Positions 11,186-23,518 of a stretch of 64,000 nucleotides of DNA are shown here, piece by piece; position 1 is the first letter of the stretch; each line of letters begins with the position of its first letter. The notes under the pieces were generated by a model. It was not told the origin of the DNA, made no database searches, and was given only the letters and a program-made list of their open reading frames with translations. The stretch spans positions 248,001 to 312,000 of the forward strand of contig OZ374564.1 of NCBI GenBank assembly GCA_977862235.1. The letters run 5' to 3'. Source of the DNA: Dudresnaya verticillata (Eukaryota). The position numbers were made by a program, and so were the translations under genes.

Positions 11186-11901
11186 CTTTACTAGCAATAG
11201 GCATCAAGCTCTCCCAGCCCCGCCCCTCCCCCATCCCCCTCCTCCCTCTTCCGTCGAGGCCGAGAAAAAAAAAGTAGTTGGACGTGTTGGCGCGTAATAT
11301 AACTTGTGTATGTGCGTGTGTGTGTGTCTCGAATGACGCTCTACGGTGGATGTTTTGCTGGAGAGTGTGTGTGCGCGACGCTGACCATGAGCATAAGTTG
11401 AAAGCAAGGTGGAAGCAACAAGTGCGTGCAGCAGAGCACGTTAGGATTAGAAGCAGAAGCGCCTCGGCAGTTTAGTTTGTATGTTTTTTTCTATTTTTTT
11501 AGTGTACACAAAAAGTAAGAAAAGACAACGGATAACTACACAAAAAGCTGCCCCTACGCGTCTTGCGAGTGACCAACTACTTACTGTATGATGGCACAAT
11601 GGCACCCGCTTCGAGATCGGAACCGAGAACAAAAAAGTACACACAAGTCGGAATACAAAGAGAGAGAGAGAGAGAGTCTCCAGCGGCGGATTCGGCTTAG
11701 CGCCGCAGTCGGCAGTCGTTGCGAGTGGCCGGAGATGTACAAGTATGGAATGGAAGGGCCTGGCGATAGCGAATGTCATGAAGCAGTCTGCGCCGATGAG
11801 GGAGAACAGAGGCGACACGTTAGAAGAAGCACAAAAGAATAATAAAGCAACAAGCAAAGCAGGAGACAAGCACTCGCGTGCCGGCCCCCCGTAGTCTGCT
11901 G

Positions 11902-12161
11902 CTACCCAGCGACCGTGAAGTGATTGCTCGGATTACTCACAGAGAAGTGCAGCGACTCGGAAAGGTCCTGTTGCAGTGCCGAGAACCCTGCGCCCACGCC
12001 GCCCATCTTGGCATCCTCCACAGCCTCAGCCTCATACGCCCCCACCGTCGACTCCGCCCCGCCCGCCTCGCCGTCCGCCTGCTGGCACCCCATCGCGTCG
12101 TCCGCGTCCTCCATCCCTTCAAACTGCTGCTGCAGCCCCGCTGCGCGACGCGCCTGTCCGA

Positions 12162-12193
<32 letters not shown>

Positions 12194-12557
12194 TGTTGCT
12201 GCTGTCCGAAGAAGGCCTGCTGGCTCCCGGTCGACACGTTGGTCATCACGGACGACACCGCCACGCCCGACGTCGCGTCGCCCACGCCCCGGGTCGCCGC
12301 CGCCCCCACACCCCGCTCCTGCTCGGCCACGCACGACAGCGACGATCGGTCCGCAATCTCCTCCATGGCCGCCACGGCCGAGTAGTATTGCTGCTCGGGC
12401 AGCGCGAACCACCGCTCTCCGACCGCGCTCATCCCCGTCTGCGCGGGCACGCCGGCACCGCCGTACGCCTGTTGCTGCTGCTGCAGCTGCGGCGCGGGGA
12501 GGAACTGGTCCACGGGCAGCCGGTGGTGCGCCTGGTGCTGATGCTGATGCTGCTGCA

Positions 12558-12589
<32 letters not shown>

Positions 12590-13053
12590 GCCAGCACGCG
12601 CACCTGCGCCTCGAGCGCGCCGTTGGAAGCCACAAAGTCGTCCACCACGGCCGCGAGCCGCCGCACCTCGCCGGCGAGCAGCACGGCGTCGTCGCTCTTG
12701 ATTCTCAGCTGCGAGTGCAGCTCGTCCATGATGAACTCCTTCTTCGCGCGCGACGCCTCTGCGGACGCCAGGTTGGTGTGGCGCCGCACCGTGACGTCGT
12801 CCAGTTGGTCCGTACCGAGCTCGGCGCGCGCGCGACTCAGCAGCGCGGCACGCCGCATGCCCTTGACGGCGGCGTACCGCTTGTCGCCCAGCGCGCGCAC
12901 GTACGACTCCAAGTCCACACTGGACTGCGCCTCGACGCGCTGCAGCGCCGCACCGGCCTTGGGCGCGAGCGCGCTGGCGCGCGGCGGCGACGACGGCGAG
13001 ATGGTCGTGGGCGAGGGCGGGGCGTCCGCGGCGCGAGCGCGCGGCGAGTACAT
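11902..13053 (-). CDS. bZIP-like transcription factor with polyglutamine tracts (383 aa)
   Basis: Basic region RRHTNLASAEASRAKK (N-x7-R), followed by a heptad-like helix (MDELHSQLRIKSDDAVLLAGEVRRLAAVV...LEAQVRVL) and polyQ tracts. Confidence 0.75.
12164..12204 (-). repeat. (CAG)n coding repeat (polyQ)
   Basis: CTG run on the + strand inside the bZIP CDS. Confidence 0.85.
12536..12588 (-). repeat. (CAG)n coding repeat (polyQ/QH)
   Basis: CTG/ATG run on the + strand inside the bZIP CDS. Confidence 0.85.
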
Positions 13054-13900
13054 GGCGTGCGCCGTGCGCTGTGCGGCGGCGCGAGCAACGGCGTGAGTGC
13101 TGGGTCGGGGTGCAGACGCGCGGCGGGGCGTGCGGTGTGGACGGACGCGTGGAGCGGAGCGCGGCGTTTGTCAGCAGGCTCGTGGTGAGGGCGACGCGCG
13201 CGGCGGCGGGCTATATGTACGCGGCATGGCAAGCCGCGCCGCGCGGTGGCAGCCTCGCCGCGCAGGCGTTTCGCGGCGAGTGCGCGGCGAGCGAGTGGAG
13301 GGTGCGCGGTGTGGGCACGGGCGCAGCTCGGCAGCGCGCGCCGCGCGGCTGGCGGGACAGCCGCTACGGCGGTGACGGCGTGGAGCGTGACTGCGCGCGC
13401 GACGCGCGGTCGGCGCGGGCGCGGCGGTGGAAAGCGCGAGCGCGAGCGCGGGCGCGGGCACGGCGGCAGCGAGCGCGGCGTGCGCGGCAATGCGCGCGGA
13501 AAAGGTTTTGGCTGTGCGCGCGGCGCGGCGCGGCGCCAACGCGGCGCGGCGGCGAGAGGATTGATCGGCGCGATGGTACGCGCACCGCGCGTTTCTGCGC
13601 GTGTTGGCGCGGCGCGGCGCGTGCCTATTGGCGGCGCGGCTCCCCCGCGTCGCGCGCGGGTCAGAAAGCGCGCATTGCGCGGCACCTGCCGCTGGCGCAC
13701 GCGCGGCGCAGCGTCGCGCGAGAGGCGGCGGGCGGCGCATGTGCGTGCGCGCTTCTTCCGTCCGCACCGCATCACTCGCGCGTCCGGCAAAGCGTGCGGC
13801 ACGATTGTTCGGCAATGCACATCTTACCGCTCTGCCTATCCCATCTGTCCGCGCGCCGCGGGGATGATGATGGACGCTGCCCCCGCTTACTCGCGCTTGC
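13054..13900 (-). promoter_or_regulatory. CG-rich island / promoter of the bZIP gene
   Basis: GC-rich island containing an isolated AT word (CATATAG on the minus strand, ~13211-13217) and an ATTGG at ~13627. Confidence 0.5.
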
Positions 13901-16900
13901 ACAGCTGCATACACTGCCATACACACACGCACACACCCCCGCGCGTGTCATGTCACGCCGCGGTCAACAGACCAGTCTTCGCCCGTGTCCGCCGCAAGGA
14001 ATGCCGCTTGCGTGCGTCTGGGCTTGCGACCGTGCGAGCGGTGCATAGTTCCCGCCCAACTAGCAGGCACTCTCAGCGGCTACAGCTGCCTTGTGTTACA
14101 CTTGCTTGGCATCGCCGCGGATGCCCTGCCAATATCTTGATCCCATTCTGCACCCCCTGGATACTCGCCCATCTCGAGCCTCCCTGTTCCTGCACAGAAT
14201 GTCCGTGGTTGTGTCTTCCCCCTTCCTGTGCGAGTATCCGCCACACAACTGCCTGTCCTCGTCCTTGAGTCATCTTACCTCAGCCCTGTTTCTGTCCCCG
14301 TGTCTCTCCACCTCTGTGTTTCCGGATCGCATTGTCACCTCTTTCTGTACTGTTTGTGCTACCCCAACTTCACCGCTCACGCGCCGAGATAGCCAACAAC
14401 AATGCACTCCGGTCAATATCCCACCCGCAAAATATTCTGCTCGCCCCTCAATGCTTCTTCAAGGCCCTCAATAGGACACCGCATCTCATCTACCCTATAC
14501 CCCAAACTCCCTCGACAGCGTATGTCACGTGTGATCTCCGTTTTCTTCTCCAACAATCGATACTACCCTGAGACACCGTCGTGCTGTACATCTTCTCATT
14601 CACTTGCTTCCAGCCCTCCTCTGTGTATCAGTCAAATACCGCCTTGCGCTTCTCGTTAACACGCAAGAAGTCGCGCCTTAGAGATCATCAAAGCCATCAC
14701 TCAAGAACCCCACTTCGCTCTGCTTGTCTTCTGTCCGTCAAGCATCCTTATATTTTTGGTTCTACGTGCGTAGTTTGCAATCACACCAAGCTCTGTCACG
14801 CCGATTTTTGCATCATACTGATAACAGTCACTACAAGCGTCCCAGACAGCTCCTGCCCATCCACGCCAGGCAAGAGGACCTCCCCATTCTTTTTAAACGC
14901 GTTCCAACAATTCATTAATACAACCAGCTCCTTCCGTGCCCACCCTACCGTTCTTGCCTGCCCTGTCTGCTCTATTGCTGTAGTCTTCCCGTGGCACAAC
15001 CTTCTATAATATCCTTGACCTACTCGCCCAACGATTGTCAACGCAGAGTCGTGTCGGTCCTGTTTGGAAACAGCCCGTTGTCATGACAACTACCAGCACA
15101 ACAATAATTAAATCCAATACCGAACACCCCCAACACGTTCAATAACACACCTTGTCCAAATAGTCTACTATTGTACGCATGTTTTAACATGAAGGCCTCA
15201 TGGTGAGGCCAACTCTGAGTTAGGAGGTAAGACCAAAGTTGGTTACACTCTTAGGTTTTACAACTCTCCCATCCGTTTATTGTAGACACAGATCACACCA
15301 GGTTGTGGTGTGCAACTGCATACGAGAGAGAACGCCTTGTTGACGCAGACCTTGCTAAGGAAGACAACGTGAGAAGTCACGCTTGTGCCGCTATTTATGG
15401 TCCCAAATTGAAGTGGAACCCCACTTCCTCATCCTGAACCGCTTGACTATCCTTTGATTCATCGAGCTTTTCTATTGTGGACACTAGTTGAATGTGCATC
15501 ATTTTCTCAAAATACAGAGAAAGTTTGCTCTGTTATACTTTCCCTTCCGCAGCTCAACTTCAGCTGTAAAGGAGTTCTTCAAGACATCCTAGGCTACACA
15601 ATCGTGGGAGTGGCGAGGAGGATATCTTTCTGTTCAAAGTTTCAGAGAAGTCATCACTCCTTAGAATGCGCTTGCTCTGCGGATGCGCTCTGCGGATGCA
15701 ACTGCTTGAAAAGATACATGGGGCAAGGCCTTACTTACCCCTGAAGTACACAGAGTCAGTGGCTGAATCTATTCAGCCGGTTCCTATCATTTTCTGCACA
15801 GCGTTCAAATTGCACAACACTTGCCACATCACGTAGCCGGTATGTCAAACATTCACTGATGACTGTGAGATAGTCAGAATTTTCCAGTTCTCAGGCCTTC
15901 TGTTGGCCGAACGTACGAGATGGCCACTATCTGCAACAGGAAGCTCTAGAATGGCCTCACTCACAATACATGTACTGCGCTCTCGCTACTCTGCACTGCT
16001 TTCTATGAAACTATTTTCGTCCCGCAGAAATGAGCGGTTCTATGGGCTTCGAGTGAGTGTACATGCGGCGTGCAAACAGGCTGCTCTGTGTTCTTGAATG
16101 AGGCCTGAAATCATTTTTATATCTCGTAGTATGCAAACAGCGGTGCATGTGCATTGCCATCCTGTCTCTTAACAGATTAGTATTCCAGTGGTTTCATGCT
16201 ACCGAGCCTGTGCATAGACATTTTCTCGCAGACAGCACGGACACTTCCGTATGTCTCTTAGGAGCCACACTCTTTGATCCCGTACTGGTCTACAAATTTA
16301 TTCGACACGCTTTTGTCTACTAAGCTGCTATGGGGGTGTGTCGACAGGCTGTGTCTGAGCAAGTATCCACATACCTTACTTTAATATGAAGGATTTTTGT
16401 TGGCTTCTCAGAATGTCGAAATACTGAGAGAAACTTTAGAGCTGTAGCTAGCAGAGCAATCACAATGTCTTTCCGTGGCTACGAGATTCTGAGAAGCCTT
16501 ACTGCACCCAAGCTCTACTAAATCGCATCACGATCAGTGCGTCAAGTAACAAACCCATTGTTTCTTCTGAGATGAATATATACGTTTAAATTGCCATTGT
16601 TGCAGCTATAGACATGTACAGTGGCAATATGTAAGACACCATGTCTACCTCTAAAATGCACCGCTCTGTTTGCCATGCGAGAGGTATCAAGGGTATCCGT
16701 GGTATTGTACTGCTGCAGGCCCATGTGCCACGTAAGTCCAAGATTATCCTTTCGATGTGATGCGCAGTCTACATGGTATTTTGAAACATGAAAACAAAGA
16801 ACTGACATGGCGCTTCTAAACGAAGTTGATGAAACGTATCTTAGAGGAAACTAAATTTCGAAACGTGCGCTTCCATGAGAATGCTATTCCAACAACATGA

Positions 16901-19900
16901 GGAGAGAGGTTCAGAACACTATTTCGGACCGGAATTATGGCTAAGCGTGTGTGATTGTGGCGAATGGTATCCAATCATCCTCCGTACGCTCATGTCACAA
17001 AACGGCCAACAACATTCTAGGAGGGTTATGAAATGGTAGTCACAGCTGCGTATCTAGTTGCGAGGGGTCATTCTCATATCGCACGCAGGGAAACAGACTT
17101 GTATCGATCTTCTGTTTTCCTGCCTCCTTGCTTTCGGCTACGGAATCTAAACATTCATCTGTTTCTTTGAAAGTTTGACAGAGTCTAGGAAACTGTGAAC
17201 CATAGAGGTAAAAGAAGAAAATTGGGATTCATGCTAGTTAATTGTATGGCGGCTTTTGCGTCACAGGCTCTGCTTTATATCCTTTGTAAATCCAATGCTT
17301 TCAGTCTCCTCACTCGGCGAGGTTCTAGAAGACGCCCAGCAAAGGAAAGAGGCTCTGAAAGGCAGAAAGCTGCGTGAGGGGTTTTGCAGAAATTGTGAAC
17401 GCCCAGAGGTTTAGGTGTCGGCCACCTTCCCTTTCGAATTTGGAATTATCTGCAATCCGGCTCAAAGACCCGGATTGGGAACTCTTGCGGAGCGGAACCG
17501 TTGAAGTATGCTACAGCCTTCACATCGACTTGCGTATGTTGTCCTTCATAGTTTCCTTCGAATACCCATCAGTCTGGAAAGGGGTAGCTTTGCCGCCACA
17601 ACGCCATCGCCACAGCGATCCATCCACGTCTCTACTTTCCCGAGACAACCAGGGGACCCAATCAGCGACAGTACGATCCGAGACTGGAGTAGGCAGACGC
17701 AACTACAATAACTGCCTTCTTTTACTTCTGGTAAGCGCCGCCCCACTTCCATCACAGAGATATTTATTCTCGTGACGCAGTTTAGCACGTTCGGAGGCAC
17801 ATCTCCACTTCATACAGTTGAATTTGTTCTTGACAGGCTTTCATAATATGCAACTATTGAGCAAAGCGGGCTTCCAGCGGATAGTGTTGCAAGATTGGAA
17901 AAGTCAGTAGCCTGATATCATAAACCAATCTCGTGACAGAACGTATCGTAGAAGGTTACAAATGCACACTGCCTTTCGATCTTTCATGCGGGAAAAGTTT
18001 TGCTCATCTACAGACTCTATAGTTAGATTGCCGAGGCTAAAAACAAAACACTGTTGCTAACCATGATGAACAGCAACAAGTGGCCCACCACTTCAGCAAT
18101 AAATTCCGATACCCCTCCGTCCTTGTTTCTTTACAAAAAGCACCTTTACCTTTCCAAAAAGAGCCAGGGTAGGGGCACTGTCAAGATGTCCTTGGGAATA
18201 AAATAAGCTGAAAGCGAAGCTTCACTGGCAAATTGCAGAACATTAATTGTATGATACGTTTACAATGGACCCAAGGGACAGACACTGTGTGTGCACACCG
18301 TGTCGTACTCAGGTTGCATATATTGTTTCAGTTGGAGCAGCTTCACTGAGGTTTGTTTTCAAGGAAACTGGTCGTGCTTGCAGCTCTCTCTTCTTTGTCC
18401 GAGGCTTCACAGAACAACGTCAGACATTCGCGATAGGGGCTCTTTCCCACAGCAGAAGTTGACGGTGGTGGAATTTGTGTGCGCAACTGTCACACGCAAG
18501 GCAAAGTGTCCAAAGATGTGCGTGCAATGTATTCTGAGGAACTCAATATTCTGTGAATTTCCGAAGGGCATGTACCGCCGTCGTCTGGTCCTATGATCTG
18601 CGGTCCGCCGGACGTCCAAAAATACCTGTAGAGGCGACACGTTGCTTGTGCATGGTGCTGCATCGTGGCTCTCTGAAGAAAAGATCTGCTCTTCCCGGAA
18701 ACATGCCGTGTCTGCGATCTCTCATTTGCATTTGCATTTGGACAATCAAACACCTGAAGATTATGTCGAACAGATTATGCACAAATGCCGCGGCTGGTGG
18801 TACCGTATCGCATCGCCGGTGGACCCCTGTGTCGACAGGATTAAGCTTCACTATTCAGACCTTGAACAGAAGCTGGGGCAGCAAGTGTTACACCGCTAGT
18901 GTGATTATCTACCACTCAGGAGCAACAAGCTGCAAGAATCAATAGCCGGTCTTTACTTGGATGCCAAAGGTTTTGTTCACGAAGTTGTATTTGCATCGAT
19001 TTGACCACATGCTTTCAAGCAGCCGCATTTGAGTCTTGAGCAGAGTCTCGTCACACTGTGAACACAGCACATACTGCAGGACAGAATGAAATCAAGGCGC
19101 CGGGCGGCAAGTGCCTGGTGTCAGCCAACAGTAACTACGAATATCTTTATTCCAGATAGTGGTGAGCACCAGCATTGAGCTGTGATTTGCAGGAGCTCAC
19201 GGGGTTCGCAATATGATGTCCAACTCTTGGGACATCTTCAACAAGGGACCCCTTCCACCTTTGAGTGCAAAGTGTGGAGCATCAATCACAGTTGAGTAGC
19301 AACAAATGACAACTCCATCTTGATGTTGTTCAGTAGGGCAGATTGTGCCAGTGAACAGCAAAATCCTCAACGTTGTTAGTCCGAGTCTAGAAACAGGAAG
19401 GAGGCAGATATGCACATGCGCACACAGTTGCTCGCTCCGAGTGGTGAAGAATTATAACTATATAACGAGAGGAGTTAGCTTCATCTCGCTCACTTTGATT
19501 CTACAGTATATGCCGCGCTTTTTCAACATGGAAAGTCCACATGTGCCCATGGAAACAGAGTTTTTCCGTCGTGGGGGGTATCAAACTCACTGGTAGATTT
19601 CGACCAATCAAGTATACCTGTCTCAGCGGGCTAACCTCTGCAGCAGCAGACGGCGTAGTACTGTAGTGTAGCACCTGCAACAGCGCCACGGTGCAGTTTC
19701 AGGAACGAATACTGATCGGCCATGTTCTTTGTAAACATGTCTACTCTCGTTAGTTGCGTGATTTTTGCAGAGCAATGGAACAAGCTGAGCACGTTAGCAT
19801 GGATGCTCCAATAGACACTAGAGGAGCCGCCTCTGTGGCACCTAATCGGATCGATGCAAATTCGCCTGAGGAATGCTCGACATCTGAGGTCACACGTTTT

Positions 19901-19936
19901 ACACACATCAACAACGGCTTAGAAACACTCCAGCCT

Positions 19937-21079
19937 TCAAGCCTCGCTCATCTTCTTGAAGTCTGTGTAACCATCTGCGCCCATTACGTTGTCCGCGGTG
20001 CTCCACCACGTGCTGAACTCAGCAGGCGGCGAAAGCGGAACCCCCGCTTCGAGACGCTCTACCAAGTCTGGGTTACTAAGGTACAGACGCCCAAAGGACA
20101 CAAGGTCCGCCTTGCCACTTTCAACTTCCTGCTCGGCCGTCTCCGCTGTGTACCCACAATTCCCTATGAGCACCCCAGGGAAGACCTTTCGCAGATCATC
20201 GAGCAGCACTGGTCTTGCGACATGGTGATAGCACAGGCTCATGTCGTTCTGCAGGTGCAAGTAGGCGAGCTTGAATTCCGCCAAACGCTCGGCAAAATAC
20301 ATGAACGACTCGTGGTTGTCCGGCGAGCCCATGCCGTTGTATGACCCATTTGGTGCCATTTTGAAGCCGACCGCGTGGGATGGCCAGATGGTCAGGACAG
20401 CGCGGATGATCTCGTCAGCTAGGCGGAAGCGGTTCTCGGTCGACCCGCCATACTCATCTGAGCGCTCATTCGAGGTGGTCTGCAGGAATTGGTCGATAAT
20501 ATAGCCACCCGCGCCGTGAATCTCCACACCGTCGAAACCAGCGTCCTTGGCGAGCTGCGCAGCGTGTCGGAACTGGTCCACAACGTCCTTACACTCGCTC
20601 GTGGATAGTTCTCGCGGTGTCTCGATGTCTACCGCACCGGGAAGCAGCGTGTATAGCTGCTTTCCGGATTCGCTCTTCTTCGGAATTGGGGATGGGGCCA
20701 CAGCCAAGCATTTGTCGCCCTCAAAGCCCGGAATGCCTTTCCGAAACGACGAGTGGCTAGTTCGGCCAGTGTGCCAGATCTGGCAGAATATGAGACCGGA
20801 GCGTTTGTGCACTGCGTCCGTAACCAGTCGCCACCCGGCAACGTCCTTATGTGCAAAGATGTCCGGGGTGTTGAACCATCCGCGAGCCTGAACTGAAATG
20901 GATGTGGCCTCCGTAATTATCAGAGCGGCAGAGGCTCGTTGGCTGTAGTACTCGGCCATTAGCGCGTTCGCTGTGAAAGTTGGCCCCGCGCGCCCTCTGG
21001 TGAGGGGGGCCATTACTACGCGGTTGCGTAGGTTGAGATGGCCAATTGTGAGCGGTGCGAGGAGATGTGGGGAACTCAT
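19937..21079 (-). CDS. Old Yellow Enzyme family FMN-dependent ene-reductase (OPR/NemA-like), 380 aa
   Basis: LRNRVVMAPLTRGRA, EYYSQRAS, LIITEAT, QIWHTGR, AGFDGVEIHGAGGY, NERSDEYGGS, DLVSFGRLYLSNPDLV, GYTDF. Confidence 0.95.
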   Translation of the reverse strand: MSSPHLLAPLTIGHLNLRNRVVMAPLTRGRAGPTFTANALMAEYYSQRASAALIITEATSISVQARGWFNTPDIFAHKDVAGWRLVTDAVHKRSGLIFCQIWHTGRTSHSSFRKGIPGFEGDKCLAVAPSPIPKKSESGKQLYTLLPGAVDIETPRELSTSECKDVVDQFRHAAQLAKDAGFDGVEIHGAGGYIIDQFLQTTSNERSDEYGGSTENRFRLADEIIRAVLTIWPSHAVGFKMAPNGSYNGMGSPDNHESFMYFAERLAEFKLAYLHLQNDMSLCYHHVARPVLLDDLRKVFPGVLIGNCGYTAETAEQEVESGKADLVSFGRLYLSNPDLVERLEAGVPLSPPAEFSTWWSTADNVMGADGYTDFKKMSEA

Positions 21080-23518
21080 TACTGTTTGACGGCAATAACA
21101 ATGACTTGAGCAGAAGGCGTGCGTGGGGCAGTTCGCTGAGGTATACGGAACGACGTTAGTAGCTTAGACTAGAGATGGACCATGTTTCCGGAAAGGTGCG
21201 ACTTGCGCAATACGCTGAGGTCCAATAGCGACTGTTGCGACTAATGCAGAGCTGCGGCATCTCTATCTCGTGTTGAGCTGCGGAAACGATAGCGAGAAGA
21301 GATGCGATGCGGTGCGTACACGCCTCTATCACAGTGTATTGCAATACGAACGACATTGTTAGTGCAAGTGTATTGGTTTTCTGTCCCTTTCTCCCGCCGT
21401 CTACAGACAAGGGCCTCCGGTCCCAGCACACTCTCTTCCAGCATACTGCGGTGTTGACGGAAACCAAACTGAGGGTTCTCGAAGGACTTGAGTCGTCACA
21501 GAAGCCACTTTCGAGTCAACAAACTTCAAGTCGTGGTGCTCTAGTGAAGAAGCTGTATCATGGGGCGTGGTGCTTCTGTCCACGGTGCCCACAGAAGCAC
21601 CATGCTCAGAAATCGGCATGCGCGCTCGGAAAAGTATCACCGATTTGGCAAGACCTTTGGCGAGCGACTTTGTTCATTTAGGGCATCTTATTGCAGATGA
21701 CTCCATTGATGCATATATTGCCATCCTTCCCATCCTTCTTCGCTCACCGTAGAAGTGCTGTTGCAGTCCAAGTACAATACTACTGTGCAAGTACAACTAC
21801 TGGTTATATCATTACGACGCTTTCTTGTCTCTGTGTCATCACTCTGCATGATGGGGGTGAGCAAAAGGGCGGCAGGGTACGGCGGGCCGACCTCTCGTAA
21901 GAGGGACCGGTGAGAAAGTGCTGCAACGCGCCTGGGGGTTAAGATTGGGGATGCTGAACAACGTAGTGGCAAGCGGTAGAGCGGTATGGCGGCGTTGCGT
22001 GCACATGCGTTTCTAGTTGCTTTGAGGCAGAGGGTTTTTGAGAGAGAGAGATGAATCTGGTGGTGAGCGGCGACGGGAGCCGCGGTCCACACGGCGGGGC
22101 GCGCAAGGCACACGGAAGGGCAACAGGGATGATCTGACATACAATGATGCCGATGATCAAAGGGGACAAACAAGCGCCGCAGTGATTTGCGCGGAGGCCG
22201 CAAGGTGGCGTTTACAGTCCCGATTGTGGTGGCGCAATGCCTTTGAGATACGTGTGGATTCCGGCCTGAATTTAAGGAAGTTGAGCACTGCGCACTGCGA
22301 GGCTGTATGTAGATGCAAAGCGCAGGCGACAAAGAAGACTGCATGCAGTCAAGTGATTCTGTTCACCAATTGAGCAGAATCGAAAGTCAGAAAAAAAGCC
22401 TCATCATCAATCACGGCGCAAGCGAGAGGCCGTAGATACGGCGTCCAAGTCTTCGACTCGAGGCCCTCGGTGTGAGTCGACGCCAGGTCTCGCACCCACG
22501 CGCCGTTCCATGAAACAACGGGGAACACCAACGGCGCCGATGCGTGTGTATTTGAGAGGGAGGCGCGCGTCCGGCGCGATCACATGCACGCAAGGCAAGG
22601 CTCTGCCACGACGGCGGCGGCGCGGTGGCCACAGCAGCGCCCCCAAAAAAGGAAATCATTCATCGGAGGCATCAGCGTTGCGGCCATGCCGACGCACCGG
22701 GTTGGTTGACGCGTACGAGTTGCACACGCTCCGACGTGGCATCGAATTCGGTGCCGTCGTTTTGCGACGCGCCGCTTCGCCCGATGTCATGCAATCGTCG
22801 CGTTGCATTGCCTGTACCGTGCAGCCAGTGCCGCGCGGCCTGTTTCTCGCCTCGCAAACGCAGCTCCGCGTCGCGTGCGTTGTAATGTTCCCGTAGCCTG
22901 GCTCGAGCCGGCTCGCCTGCAGAGATTATGGCTAACACGCTCAGATGCAACTATCCGATCTCAGTGAGATCGCGCATTTTACGAGAAACAGCGCGCGCTG
23001 CTCCCCGACCGCAGTGTCAGGGGCCTCTGACAGTCGGTCCAGTTCCACGACAACGGTGGCAGAGCGCGCACCGGCCCCTCATGATGCGAGCGTTTTGCAG
23101 TAGCGCGCCGGACGAACGGGATGACGAAAGGCGGCGATGCGGAGGTTGGAAGGGCTGCCGCGACCTCAGTCTCGCGCGCACGGCCCGCTCCGGTTGGCGG
23201 TTTGGAACAAACGCCACGGGCCCGGTGAACGCCGCGCCTGACGCAAATCTGAGGCTGCACCTGCGCCCGCACCTATCACTTTGCGCCGTGCTGTCCCATC
23301 CACTGCGCGCGCGGTACCGCACCGCGCCGCGCCTCCGCCCCCGCCGCAGAGTTACTTGTGCGCACCACCGCATCCTACCCGCCCGCTCGCCCCGCGTCCA
23401 CCGCCCTCACCTTCCGCCGCGCGCCGCCGCGCGCCCGCCCCCCCGCCCGTCCGCTGTCCCCCGCCTCCAGTCCCCGGCCGCGTCCGCGCGCGAGCCGCCG
23501 CATCGCCCGACCCCCGCC

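Noticed and set aside
12837..14268. ORFs of 250-340 aa upstream of the bZIP
   Set aside because: CG-island artefacts.
22928..23518. 5' extension of the 719-aa ORF
   Set aside because: Promoter/UTR-like composition; protein-like sequence begins at ATG 23519.
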